A DNA stretch of 64,000 nucleotides from Kudoa neothunni (taxonomy: Eukaryota > Animalia > Cnidaria): assembly GCA_964304625.1 (NCBI GenBank), contig OZ199840.1, positions 6,202,776 through 6,266,775 on the forward strand, read 5' to 3'. A program made the translations under genes and the position numbers. The notes under the pieces are model-generated. The model was not told where the DNA came from and ran no database searches. It worked only from the letters and a program-made list of their open reading frames with translations. Positions within the stretch are counted from its first letter, which is position 1. The number at the start of each line of letters is the position of its first letter. Positions 27,201 through 42,035 of the stretch are shown here, one piece after another.

Positions 27201-28230
27201 GTTGTTAGGGTTTGTATCGCACCTACATTTAATGGTAATGGTAGGTTGAATTATCGTTTGCAGCGCAAATCCAAAAAAGTCAAGTTCACGACAACCGTTG
27301 AAAAAATAGTAATAAAAAACTAATAATGCGTGATTTCATGAATAAATTATAACGGTTGGTCTTGTATATATAGAACCATAAATGTACCATATCAGCTAAT
27401 AGCCATAAAGCCGCTGTCAAAAACCTCAATATTCCTACCACAAACAAGAGCAGTCTTGCCAAGAAAACCTGTAACCCTCTCATTGTTCCCTCCTCGCCCT
27501 TTGTGGACGGGCTAAAAAAGTCTTTCAACTCGTGTTCCTCTTACACCTTCAACAACGATGATGTTATGTATTTGATTGTGGAACCAATTGAATTGGATAG
27601 TCATCTGAAGAGACCGATTTTCGTGGTTGGATCCTACGCTGACCGTATTCAGATCGCTTTAGAACAGCAAAATCCAAACTTGTACCAATTTTTGTCATAC
27701 CAAAGTAATACATTGATTTATGCTATGGTCCTTGTTATTTTTGATTTACAATGATTTAGAACAAACAATACCAACTCTAAGGCAAACTATCTCACAAATT
27801 TCACAAAAATCTGAAATGGTAACTTTTCTAATTGTAGCATCAAATATATCAAATTATATGGAAATTAAGGGGGTACACACTTTAATTGCACACAGCAATG
27901 TACCCTTGGATATTATACTCCATAATAATTTGTACATTATTGCTGTGATGTTCAAACCACCCAGCGTGGAATGGATCATGAAGCGCAACAAACATCTCAC
28001 TCATGAAGAAGCTACAATCGAGTGGAATTATTTAAGCAGTATCCATAACAAATATCGTCACTATTTCACAAGTAATTTTTAGTTGTGATTATTTGCCTAG
28101 AAATGAGTTTATAGGAATTATTACCGCTCCTGATGCTTACGAAGATGCATTACAAATCACTCTCGATATAATCAAAGAAAATTCTTCTGCCCAAATGTGG
28201 ATACCCGTCATGAATGTGACACAATTCTAA
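21260..28230 (+). CDS. DLG1: Discs-large-type MAGUK (3 PDZ, SH3, reduced GK) with a 3.8-kb intron (22278-26088); start codon tentative
   Basis: PDZ1 VTIEKGNNPFGITISGGIDQP..PGDCIISVDG; PDZ3 YGFGIVGG; SH3 ALFDFDAESEKSLPARGLTFAFGDLLQVTNGNDEEWWQA..GLIPS; GK KRPIFVVGSYADRI..FKPPSVEWIMKRNKHLT..MWIP. Confidence 0.85.
24478..25626 (-). mobile_element. Non-autonomous Helitron, family A copy 1 (in DLG intron)
   Basis: On the minus strand: 5' TC, 3' hairpin CCCAAGCGACGCTGAG and TTAG|t terminus. Colinear homology with 49912-50966 and 60295-61495. Confidence 0.85.
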
Positions 28231-28599
28231 TATCAATAGAATTGTTCATATTTTCTTTTATACTTCAAAATCGTTTTATGTGTTTTGTAGGTTTGTTTGT
28301 TGTTTGATAATGTTTTATAATTAATATTTCTATTTATGGATCGCGGTATATTATTTATTTTAAAACTAATTATATTATAGAATTCCTCAATTATTTTGAA
28401 CAATTATCTGCTTTTTTTTTACTTAAATTTTTATTTAAATGTTTTCCTCGATGAAATAACGTGGAACGTCTTGTTCAAGTCAATACCTCAAGGTTGTTAG
28501 CTTCAGGAAATTTTTCTCGTCAGTGTTTAGCTGCCATAATTTTGTCTTAGCAATCATTTAATTATAAATTTTTATATATTAACGAGTGATCATTGGCTC

Positions 28600-28940
28600 T
28601 AAAACAAAAAAATATAATGGAATCTCAAATTGCGTTAATATAATCCATCATTTTAATTTCTCCGTCAGTATTTGAGGACAGAATCCCACTTATCATTGAA
28701 ATTGGGAGGAAAATATTCTCTCAATAGACGTGTTGTTAAAAGAACCAAAAACTATTGTTACCAAACAATATAACCAGGGACCGTTTTACAATTTTTGTCC
28801 ACACTCCCGAGGTGACTTCATAAAACCGGTTAATTAATGTACTAATTCTCTAAATAATTTTGGTGGCGTTTATATTGTAGCACTATCAAAGCAGAGACGT
28901 TTATTACCATTTATTTCACTGAATAAAAATTATTATCGTT
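28600..28940 (+). mobile_element. Possible Merlin/IS1595-type transposase remnant
   Basis: Broken frames give PGTVLQF, NFGGV and AET(L)LPFI, resembling Merlin core motifs. Heavily decayed. Confidence 0.3.
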
Positions 28941-28986
28941 AATTATCTGACAGTATATCGAATGCTAATGTGCTGATGTGCTAATG

Positions 28987-29341
28987 TAGGGGTTCTCAAA
29001 CGGGATAAATTATAAATAACAGGAGGAAGATTAGGCGAAATCGAAATTGGGTTCGGAATATTTTTGCATAATTCGGTTTATGTATTTAAGGATTTCTAAA
29101 ATGTTGTATTATTCATGGCTGTTAAACTCAATTAAGATGTACGCAGAGATTCTTTAAATGTTTTTAAGAACAGATATTCAACAACTATTTATAAAATTAG
29201 ATTCAATCTTTTTCTTTATTCATTGTTTATATTTTCGAGATGTAGTCTAATAATACTTATACAAGCATGCAACGTTAACGTAGATAATGGTTTAGTTTCC
29301 AAGATAGGAGATTAAATTAAAAAAAGGACTGAGAACCCCTG
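28987..29341 (+). mobile_element. Buster-type hAT MITE
   Basis: TAGGGGTTCTCAAAC ... CTGAGAACCCCTG; TSD tgctaatg/tgttaatg; same family as 11649 and 19156. Confidence 0.88.
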
Positions 29342-30217
29342 TGTTAATGTAACGTGTTTAAATATACAAAAAGGATATGACAATGTAAATTTTTTAAATT
29401 TCACGTGGTTAATTTTAACTTCTACTCTTTAATAACATTTTTAAATATACCTTCTTACCTTTTATTCTTCTCTAGGATATACCTGAGAAAAATAGAAATT
29501 AAAAACTATGTTTCATACAAACTTTGAATTATTAAATAATCTAATTTTAAAAAATTCCGTCAGCAAATTCATTTCTTCGATTTTAGTTAAGAAATCTGTA
29601 AATTCCATTAAAAAGTTGTTTTACTTCAAGTAAATAAAGAATAGGGGAAATAATAGTAGAAGCTTTCGATATCAACGTTTTTATAAAGATTAACGTTTAA
29701 TTGTTTTTAAATTCATTGGTCTCTTCAAAACTTGAGTCTCATAATTGACCATTTTATTAATAGTTTGTCTCATTAACTAGGACAAGACTCTGCATCTTAT
29801 TTAAATAAGCAATTCTTAATTTAGAGATGTAAGAATACATTATAGGTAAATTTAGCGGCGCAACGAAAGTTCTTTAGATTTAAAAAATTTATTTCAATTA
29901 GTATTTTTTCTTCTTGTAACTAATTTATGTTTTATTCAAGTTATTTAGCCGGAAAAATATATGAAATATATCTATAATTATCTAAATACGAAATATAAAA
30001 GGAACCTTTAAAATATAGCTTAATTAAAAAATTAAGTTTATAATCCAACTATAGGATATATTTTACATTTAGAAAAAAAATCCATATTCGTAATAGTTAT
30101 AAAATGCAAACTTAAAATAAAATGTCAATTAAAGAAGCCTTGATTTAGCGTAAGTATACGATAAACACGTTTTCAAGATAGAAACGCGCAGGCGCAATAT
30201 ACCACACTAAATAAAGC

Positions 30218-32134
30218 ATGAAACACTTTTGTTGGAGGAAAAAAAATCATGAAATTATATTGATTGAAAAAAAGGATTACGTTTCTGGAATTGATTTTGA
30301 TAATAAGTGGAATATAACGCAGTCATAGACGTCTCATAGTGATTAATTTAGGAATGTATTCCAGGTGAAATTAAATGCATTGCCCAACTGTCCCCCTTTC
30401 ACATCAATTGATATGATCTGTGTATCACCCTGCTCAAACTATCTTTTGTTGGTTGTTAACGGGAAATTCATTTTTGCTTATCAATCTACCGATAATACTA
30501 GTGTATGGCAACCAATAGGAATGCTGTACTATTCTATTTTATAATCCAACTACGAATATATTTAATCTAATGAGCAATTTTAGGGAAACCAAAAAGAAAA
30601 TCAATTGTATGGCACATTTTCCTGCAGTTGATGGCAGTCATAATAGCGACAATGATGATAATAAAAATAAAGCAACAATGAAATGTTTCTATGGTCAAAC
30701 AGATGGTGATATATATAGGTGGATTGGATCAGTTAATTTAATTATCTAATGTTGGATAAAAAAGCTGGAATTATTTGACTAATGAGAAAGAACAAATGAG
30801 TGGACATTTTTCATATTTGACAGCTATGGTCGGTTAGCCTATCATTTCATAATAGGAGAACACGTTATGAGTTTTAATTGATTTAGGCAGTTTCTCCATG
30901 TGGGAAATATTTGGTGAGCGCTGACCGAGATTGTAGTATACGAGTGCTTTCATTAGGTTATCCTTTTGAGATAGTGTCTTTTTGTATGGGGCATTCAGGG
31001 TATGTGTATTATGATGGGAGACGGGAGTTTAATACGCATGAAAACTTAAGGAGTGTCTCCTCACTCGCAATCATTGCGCAACGTCAGTCAAATTCACATC
31101 AATCGAACCATCTTATGCTTGTTTCAACTTCCGCCTATGGAGAGGTGTTTCTTTGGGATATGATTGATGGTAAGATTCTCGATAAACTTAAACTTGTGTA
31201 AGTGATTGATTTTTTGCTTAACTGTCTCAATATTGAAATATAGCAATGACGATGATGGAAAATCAAAACACAGTAAAATAGAGATGAGATTGACTACCCA
31301 CTCAAACGAACTTAATTCTACTGTCATATGCGATTGCGCAACCAACATTTTAAACCTCATTTACTATTATTTAATAGAGAGTGTGCTATTATTAATATTA
31401 ATAAATTGTTATTGTTAATTATTTTGTAATAATTCAATATGACAACAGAAAAAATATAAAGATAGTTAATCGGGGTGAAAATTAAACTTGAGGATTAAGT
31501 TTGTGCGGAGAATTAGTCATTTTATTCTTTTATATGTTTTGGGATTGAGTTTTGATGTGATACTAAAGCGGATGTTATAAAATGCGAACAAAATACAACG
31601 TCGTCCAATTGCATCAATAGTTTATGTTACAATGAAAAATATGAGACTATTTTGTGTGTTGTTGAGAAGTATGAATTAAAATTTGGACCATATTAATTCA
31701 AATCGTAGATTTTTGAACGATGAGATGGAATCATACGATGAGATTGTTGCGGTGAGTTTGGATAGCAATAATGGTTGTTTTAATCGAGCAACCATTACTG
31801 ATCTTGATAGCGGCTGCAATAATTCATCCTACGGACAATTGATGACCAATCCTGATTGTGAACAAGAAATTATAGCTATATGCAGCAGTAGAACAGATAA
31901 AAAAATTTCACTTAAAACTTTTAAAATTGATTACACACAGAATTTTAAAGTAAAAGATTAGTAGATTTACAACAGCCTTATGTCTTTTGTTTCATGTAGG
32001 TTTTGTGCAATTCCACTGTACATGAATGGAATAAAGAATCTATAGATGAAGGTAAATTAACAAAAATTTTTACATCTACCACTCGCACCAGTCCTCATAC
32101 TATAAACAGTATTTGGTTCAAGAGAGTGGGATAA
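30218..32134 (+). CDS. WDR4: tRNA m7G46 methyltransferase WD40 subunit, multi-exon
   Basis: DGDIYSW..SGHFSYLTAMAVSPCGKYLVSADRDCSIRV..YPFEIVSFCMGH..VSSL..LVSTSAYGEVFLWD matches WDR4/Trm82. Confidence 0.85.
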
Positions 32135-33212
32135 AAAATCGGTTTACCAAATCATTTTAACATTAAATTGAGTGTTGAAATGATTTCGAGTCGTGCACCT
32201 ATATTTATTATCTAATAATGTGTATTTTCTAATTGGAATAATTGACATTTAGCTGGTTGTTCAACAGAAAGATCTTTCAAAAGTTTCAGCGGTTTTCGAT
32301 TCGGTTTGAATATACCTCCGAGAAAACGTTATTATTTTTAGCAATTTCTCAAGAAATTAGTCTCAACTTTTGGATTTAAATGTTTGAATATTTTTCTCTT
32401 TTTATTCCATAGTACGTATAACAAAGCTATCTCTACAAAATCATTTAAAATGTGCCAAAATCAGAAACAACTAATGAACGGAGATTATGAAGAGCTTAAA
32501 ATAGGGGTCTTTGAAGAGGATTTAAACTTTCTAAGTCAGGCCTTCCCAACTAGATTGAAATAGAAAAAGCCTCCATTGTTAAATATGTCAGACACTAACA
32601 ATGAACCGAACACGATTGGATTTGACTGGATTGAGTTTATAGTTATTAATGTCAATTTTCCCTAGGCGTATAAACGATTAATTATCATTTAAATAAATCG
32701 GTTGTAAAATTAGTTATAACTTCTCTTGATACTTCCATATTTTAATAGATAAGTATTTTATTGAGCTAGATATAAATATTTTTTGTTAATTATATGTTAA
32801 AATTATATATAGAGACCGGAGCTAAAAATTAGTTCAAATTTGATAATTTTAGAAAAATTCGATTAAATAATTAAATAATGTGAGGAATATAACAACAAAG
32901 TCTTTTTCGACGAATAAGTAATATTTTCTTAATTTTTGATTTATTCGTAATAATTTTTGCATGAGTCTTAAGAGTTAACTATGAAATTCACTTAATCATG
33001 TGAAAGGGATGTGAGACTTAATTGAATGTGAAGACGCCTTTCGACCAAACGGGCGGCAATCTAAATAATATTTCAAAATGACCATAAAAAATTAAAATTA
33101 ACATTCCTACTCGTAAGTTTATGGTCGATAAAAGAATATTTTTAAAATATCCTAACTCCTGGGGTTATAATTTCTAGATTCGTTAAGGTAGTTGCTTTTC
33201 TAGTGTCTAATC

Positions 33213-33456
33213 CCTAGGTTTTTACCCGGTGATCCACGGATCCCATATGGTCTGCAAGGATTGCCTAAAAGATTTGTGGCATCAAAAAATATAGAAACTA
33301 ATAGTAGGTATCCATTTACAAACACGTGTTGTCTACGTCTTTAGAGATTTCGAACAAATTTTATTTTTTTCCAATTTCTTTAATATATATGAGGATCTGC
33401 AAAGCAATTTGAGCTTGGCAGGGGATCCGCCATCCCAAAAAGGTTTAAACCCACTG
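33213..33456 (+). mobile_element. Charlie/Buster-like hAT MITE (second family)
   Basis: Right end AAAAGGTTTAAACCCACTG, degenerate left end, internal GGATCC motifs; TSD gtctaatc/ggctaatc. Confidence 0.65.
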
Positions 33457-34379
33457 GGCTAATCTATAATAGAAGCTGTGGTTAAAATATACACTCATTA
33501 TTATATAGAATGCATCTGCAGCTATAATTTGGTTGAGTAATGGGAGTTTGTTTAGACATTTAAATAGTCCTGGATGTATCTAGAATAAAAATCGTTTTTT
33601 TCTGCAGTTCCGCCGCTTATCTTTGTTTAATTAGCATCAATTCTTTATTAAAAATTATGAACACAATTATTTTTCGTCATCATATAATTTTGTTAACACT
33701 TTTTTTATCTGCACAGGAAATTCCATACGACAAAACTAACGTCCTCAAAACTGAAGGGGGTCTGATTTAGTAGGGGTCATAGTTAAACATCGACGAATAT
33801 GTTTCATGGATCAAACTTCCATATTATCTTTGAAGATGATGCTAGATGTGATACGTAATCACCTTGTAAGCTCTAAGCGTCTATAATCGCAACCCGGTCA
33901 ATCAGAATCCTATAGAATAAGTTACGTTACGGAGTTTACTTCAAAAAATTAAAATAAAATTCTTTTAGCGCTTATAATTTATAATTATATGCGGCCCAGA
34001 GTCAAAAAAATGATTTTTGTCAGATTTCGCGTATGCCTTCCTCTTATGTACCTTATTTTGTATCTATTCATCGAAACTGCATTAAAAACACGAATTTTAT
34101 TACCAACTCATTTTAATCGAATTAATCTCCATTTGACTTAAATATAATTACAGTAATACTCCATTTAATAATCCTTTAACTCCTTTCATAATTAATCGTC
34201 TAATATTTAGAATAATTAAAAAAAATTTGTTTGTTTAATTAAATGGCTTAGTAAGTAGAGTTCTTACAGTTTAAATGTATATCAAGAATAATAGCTGTTT
34301 CGTGCAAATATTATCTGTGATTTTTTAGACAGTTATAATCGTTATAGAGCCTATAAAATAGAAATTATATATAAAAGGA

Positions 34380-36586
<2,207 letters not shown>

Positions 36587-37449
36587 ATCTGAGTATTGTG
36601 AATTTAAAGCTTAAGTTTAAACTTTATTTGATAGTAATTAAGTTACTTATAAATTTAAATTTGTTCCTATTAATTAATTTTTCAAGTTGCGCAGCCTCCA
36701 TCTGTTTATAACAAACCAAATTGTGATGCACTATTCCCATTTGACACTTTCTATGTGTGAAAAAATTTTTAACGCATCAATTCTAATTAAGACACTCCCT
36801 TTGTAAGATAACGTGTTGTGTATTGGATTTTGGATGTTTGTTATTTTCCATAATCGGATTTAATTTTGTTTTAAGTGAGCCAAATCTAATAAAATCTTGT
36901 AAAATTTTGTTTTTTATATGTGAATAATTTTTATGCAAATATACACAGCTTAGTAATAAACCATTAACGATATTCCGGAATTTATGACAAAGGATTAGTA
37001 TTAGTTCAGTTAATCTAATAAATATGATTTTCGAGCTATTTCAATTTGCATAATAATTAATTATTCAAATTCAAAAAATTTTCCCTGTTTTTCTGTGATG
37101 ATTTTTCGATCATCTTTATTTTGTTTTTCAGTTGTAACTCATATATGAACTTCAATTATTATTTATTATAATTCAACTTATAATAAAAGACTATTTTATC
37201 AATTAAATACCCCTGCATTTGGCTATTGATTTTTTATATATGCAGTAACGTAAAGACAACCGGACGATCGAAATTAATGCACAACTAACATAATTCTTCA
37301 TATGCGTGTCGCGCATGCTCATCGAATATTTTGACCAGGGCGTCTAAACTTAACAGTTTTCCCACCGACCTGAGCTATTTGTGATTTTTTCACATATAAA
37401 CTAAATCTTGTGTTATATATATATATATATATATATAAAACTTGGGGAC

Positions 37450-40400
37450 GGTAATGGGGTAGGATGTGGCACATAAAAAACATCCTTCTGCGCGTCATTT
37501 TTTCGCCGATTCTCTCACAAGTAATCATAATAAAATAAAATAATACCGATAGGAAATATTAAGCTTATTATGGTATCTAATTTTGGTACAAATACCTAAT
37601 GCAACACCTTCGGCACTCGTGAAATATTCGTTTAATTCCCAATAACCAATGGAGACCCACTTTATTGTGCACACATTAACTTCTACATCTATTATACACA
37701 TTAATAACATTTTTTGGAATGCAATTTTTGATTTAAATAATAGAATATAAAATATTTAAGCGAGTAGTTTATCAAATTTCTCGCATGTTAGAGGAAATGA
37801 GTTCTTTGAGTTTTATTAACGATGGCGATTTTTTTATTTATTGATAATCTCATTAAATTGTTTCATATATCTGTAGAGAAAAAATATCGGCTTCCTCTCC
37901 TTTTAGGTGTAACAACTGTTACAACTTCAATTGTTTTTCCCTTACCAAAAAGAATTTGAACGTTCAAAGGCCAATACCCAAAAACAAATTGCGTGGAAGG
38001 AATGATGTGGATTATTCATTCAGTTATTATTGTAAAAATTAATTATTTTATACTTAAATGCTAGTCTCGCAATTCAAAGATGTAAAACTAATGTATCTCC
38101 TCTAAGTGAAATTTTCTCTTCAGGTTTGAATTTGTTTGATCCCTCCCCAAACATAACGGTGAAGTAAATATTAGTTTAATCATGAAAAAAGCGGGGTATG
38201 GTTTAAAAAAAAGAAATATTTGCGCTTCTGATTTTCTTCTGCGAAAACCGTTAGGTGGCAAAAGGTATGTTATTGAGATTGCTGAGACGCTTCTTCACCG
38301 TAAGCGCAAAAGTAATCGAGGGCGGTATTTAAAGGGAGATTTTTGGAAGACAGCCCAAACCAAAGAATTTAATAAAGAATTAACGTAAAATTTTATGTAA
38401 TATAATGTTAAACCAACTGATAAAATAGTAAAATACCATAGAAATTAAAAAACACTTTTATTTATAAATTTTCTTCAAAAATTAGATACATTGTAACATT
38501 AAGGCTTAAAATATAATCGTTATTTGTATAAATACAGTAGGTAACCGATTTCCGTAATCCCCTCGGGGCCATGGAAGAGTTACTGAAAATGCATCAGTGA
38601 CATATTTTCCTTTAAATTTCTGCGAGCGAAAAAATAAAAAATATATCCATTTTAAATAAATAAATTAATTTCATTTATACAATCATCCACTTCTATTGAA
38701 AGAATACGTTATTTATTTATATTTATATTTTTAAACACGTAATTTTATCCTCTTAACTCATTATTTCGTCTAGATAATCAATTCCTCTCTGCCGAATATT
38801 TATTCTGCATGTTTAAACATTTAAATACGACCTTTATTGACGTAAATTCTATCACTCCATTATCTTCAGTTTTGGAATTCGCAGATTCAACAATCAAAGG
38901 AGTAAGCTCGTCCAAATAATTTGATGTAGGCATAATGGGTTCCTCTTGAATCATCCCGGAATCTCCAGCTGAGAATTTTTTACTCACAAAATTAATATTT
39001 GATGAACGTTCGCATTCATTAGCTGCAGGAAACCCATATTTTCTGAAACAATTAAATACAATATCCTTTGAAACGTCGTCCCACGATTTTTTAATTAAGA
39101 ACAATGTTTTAAGCGAATCTTGGGAGGATGTATTTATATCATTGCTAACTGTAACAATATGGGTTTCTATTAAATTATTTTTGTGATTAGATTTGAATGA
39201 GAAAATGAGTTAATCCATGGTTTAATAGTTGCAAAACGCTAGTTGAATTTTTTGTACGGAATATAAGAGAGATATTGCACAAATGAACATTGGCGTGGCA
39301 AGTGGCATTATTAAAAAGTAGTAAACTCTCTTGTATTTCGTTTTGAATACATTGTCAAAATTAGAAAGATATTTGTTAAATGTTTCAGCATATTTAAAAC
39401 AACGTGGTTTTTGTGATTTCCAATCACAAGAGATTCAGTGCAACCTCCAGGCATAGATAAATGCCGCAAAACAATAATTATTTTTTATATTTTTTTCTAT
39501 CAAAAAAGTATAGCATTAAAAATAATGGACCTCTATGTTGTTAGTAAAATAGGGCAGTTTCGTTAAGGTTATAGATACCGTCATCGTTGTAACCTTTGAC
39601 TTAGTCATTTAATTTAGATTAACAATTTTCTACAAAACTTTAATCAATATAGGCAGCATCACCGTGAACAGTGATATTTTTAAATTCCATCGTGATTTAA
39701 AACCAATAAATCAATCATGGGTCATTATTATGCTTAGGTTCAATTCTTTTGCCAATTTGTTTCTTTCGTGTATGATATCATGAGCGGATAGATCAATTTT
39801 CTTTTATCTCAAGTAATTTACTCAATCATACACTAAAGTATCGATGTCGTGATTTGAACACTATTTAAAATTTTTCAGAAATTATAAATGTAAAAAAAGG
39901 CATACCACCAAATCCGCTTATAACTGAATAGCTACGGAAAATCGGTTGAGCGCTAATAATAGAGAAAACCACTTTCCAATGTTCAATTTTTAAAATGTTT
40001 GGAAGTTATTTTTGAAACATACAAATAAAATCAAATATATGGTTTAAAATATTAAAATAATATTTTAAGGGAATAAAATTCGAAGTCACCGAAAATCGGT
40101 TACCTACTGTATGAGGAGAGATTGAACGTTAAGTAAAAAGACCATATAATCTAAAAAATGAAGTGAGGAGTGGAATATATGTTTAATACAATATTACTAA
40201 TTTTAATTTTATGTTGCTTCATTTATTTTGTATAATTAATTCTCGTTAAAAATGATTCTTTAAGAATTAATTGTTAAAGGGTTTTTTTGGACAGATATCG
40301 AATACAATAATGATTGAAGATCCATCGTATTGTCGCTATAAAATTTCATGATAAGATGATTATAACTTTTTTTATAATTCAAATAAATTAACCAACAAAA

Positions 40401-40822
40401 TATATAAACTAAAAAAAGTGATAAGTTATTGTTATGTTCTTTTTAAAGGTTCATAGTCGATACACCAAAAATGATACAGAAGATAATTTATAATAAGATG
40501 TGTAAGGTTTAATTAAACGGTTGAGTCGTATAATTTTAGAATGACCCATTACTAAAAATGTTATTAAGGCGTATACTAAATGAAGAAGTTAATGTGTCCA
40601 CAACAAAATGGGTTTTCATTGGTTATTGGAAATTTAACGAAGATTTCACCCATGCCGACGGTGTTGTATTCAGGATTTTGTACCAAAATTAGATGTTACC
40701 ACAATTAGCTGAATACTTCCTCTCGATATTCTTTTATTTCACTATGAATATTCGTGGAAAAATCGGCGAAAAAAACGATGCACAGAACGGTATTTTTAGG
40801 TGCCACATCCTACCCTATTACC
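37450..40822 (+). mobile_element. Merlin (IS1595/ISXO2-like) transposon
   Basis: TIRs of about 250 bp beginning GGTAAT(G/A)GGGTAGGATGTGGCAC; perfect 9-bp TSD cttggggac. ORF 38182-38388 PLGGKRYVIEIAETLLHRKRKSNRGR corresponds to the Merlin GG..VEIDE....RKYNRGR motif. Confidence 0.88.
38535..40109 (-). mobile_element. pogo/Tigger transposon, decayed
   Basis: TA|CAGTAGGTAACCGATTT ... AAATCGGTTACCTACTG|TA. SWDDVSKDIVFNCFRKYGF is a Tigger C-terminal motif. Confidence 0.92.
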
Positions 40823-41822
40823 CTTGGGGACTACTGAATTCTTTGAGATCGGTTTATAAATTATGAGTTTTGAAATTAGGTAAAATAATCATATTTATTG
40901 TTTAACTAATGGTGAGAATTAAAATTATTCTAACATTTTAAAAAGATATGATTGTCGACAACACACTGTTCTTCCGATCATTGGATAATTGATATTTAAT
41001 CAATCGTTCATATTATTCTGTGAATGTATTCAGGTATTTCAACGTTATCTAAATTTTCCTGGTTTTTTTGAAAACCATATTTTGAGGTTATAGACCTATA
41101 TTATATAATGCATAGATGAAAATTCAAACGGAGCTCAAAAAAAGAGCGTGGTATAATGTGCTTCAATTAAAATTGGTTAAAAAGGGAAGTTTTTAAATAA
41201 TGGCTTGTTCAAGATGCTAAGAACAGCTATTTCAGTTGCTGCAAAAGTTGAACGAATTTTTCCATGAATGAACTTAGAAAAAACTAAAAAAAATAACTCA
41301 TTAAAGGTTGAAACTGTAAAGTGTAAACTTCTCACAAAGCAGTTGATCAGAAGAAATAATAATACGTGTTTGACATCGCATTCAACAAATAAACTAATAC
41401 GCGATGTGAAAGCGGTGCTGTGAGCCAACGATACCTTGAGCGCTTGAAAAATAAATCAAACTTCTTAACTGAGGGTTGTGAAGGTGTTGAAGACGATTCT
41501 ATTGACGACAATAATTAGAAACGCGTATAAAATAATATTTTTTGTTATTTTAATATTATTGTGTTTTCTTTGCGATCTAGGGGAATTTTTGTCTAATTTT
41601 TGGTTTTTTAAGAGTTAAACCTTGGGTTTTCCCCCGGTAGTCTCACTGGTCGCCCTCATTTTGATAATCAAAAACCACGCCTATTGTTGAGGAACATTCT
41701 ACAACTGCCGATGATGCGAGAATTCCCAGATAAATTAAACCCCCCAACAATCGAAACGTCTTTCTAAATATAATTTTATATCAACTTGAAGTAAATTTAA
41801 ATAGCATGCGATGCTAATCTGC

Positions 41823-42035
41823 AGGGCCAATAGTCACCTCCAAAAAAGAACGCGCAAAGTTGTGCACACATGAGGATAATGGCCGAAGATGTATTTTTGT
41901 TGATTATTTGAGATTGATATTTTTAAAGACATTTGTGATCACTCCATATTTAAAATGTAAACAGATGATTTATTATAAAATCGGAAGGTTTGCACACACG
42001 CGAAAGGACGAATTTTTGGAGGTGGATATTCCCGT
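41823..42035. repeat. About 200-bp inverted-repeat element (possible MITE)
   Basis: cacctccaaaaa...tgtgcacac near 41835 versus gtttgcacac...tttttggaggtg near 42020. Confidence 0.4.

Larger units (their letters stand above)
37336..41657 (+). mobile_element. Ac-type hAT element hosting nested Merlin and Tigger
   Basis: Ends CAGGGCGTC.. / ..CTGGTCGCCCTC; TSD attttgac/attttgat (nTnnnnAn). hAT dimerisation-domain remnant at about 41220-41345 (AAKVERIF..KTKKNNSLKVETVKCKLL). Confidence 0.72.
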
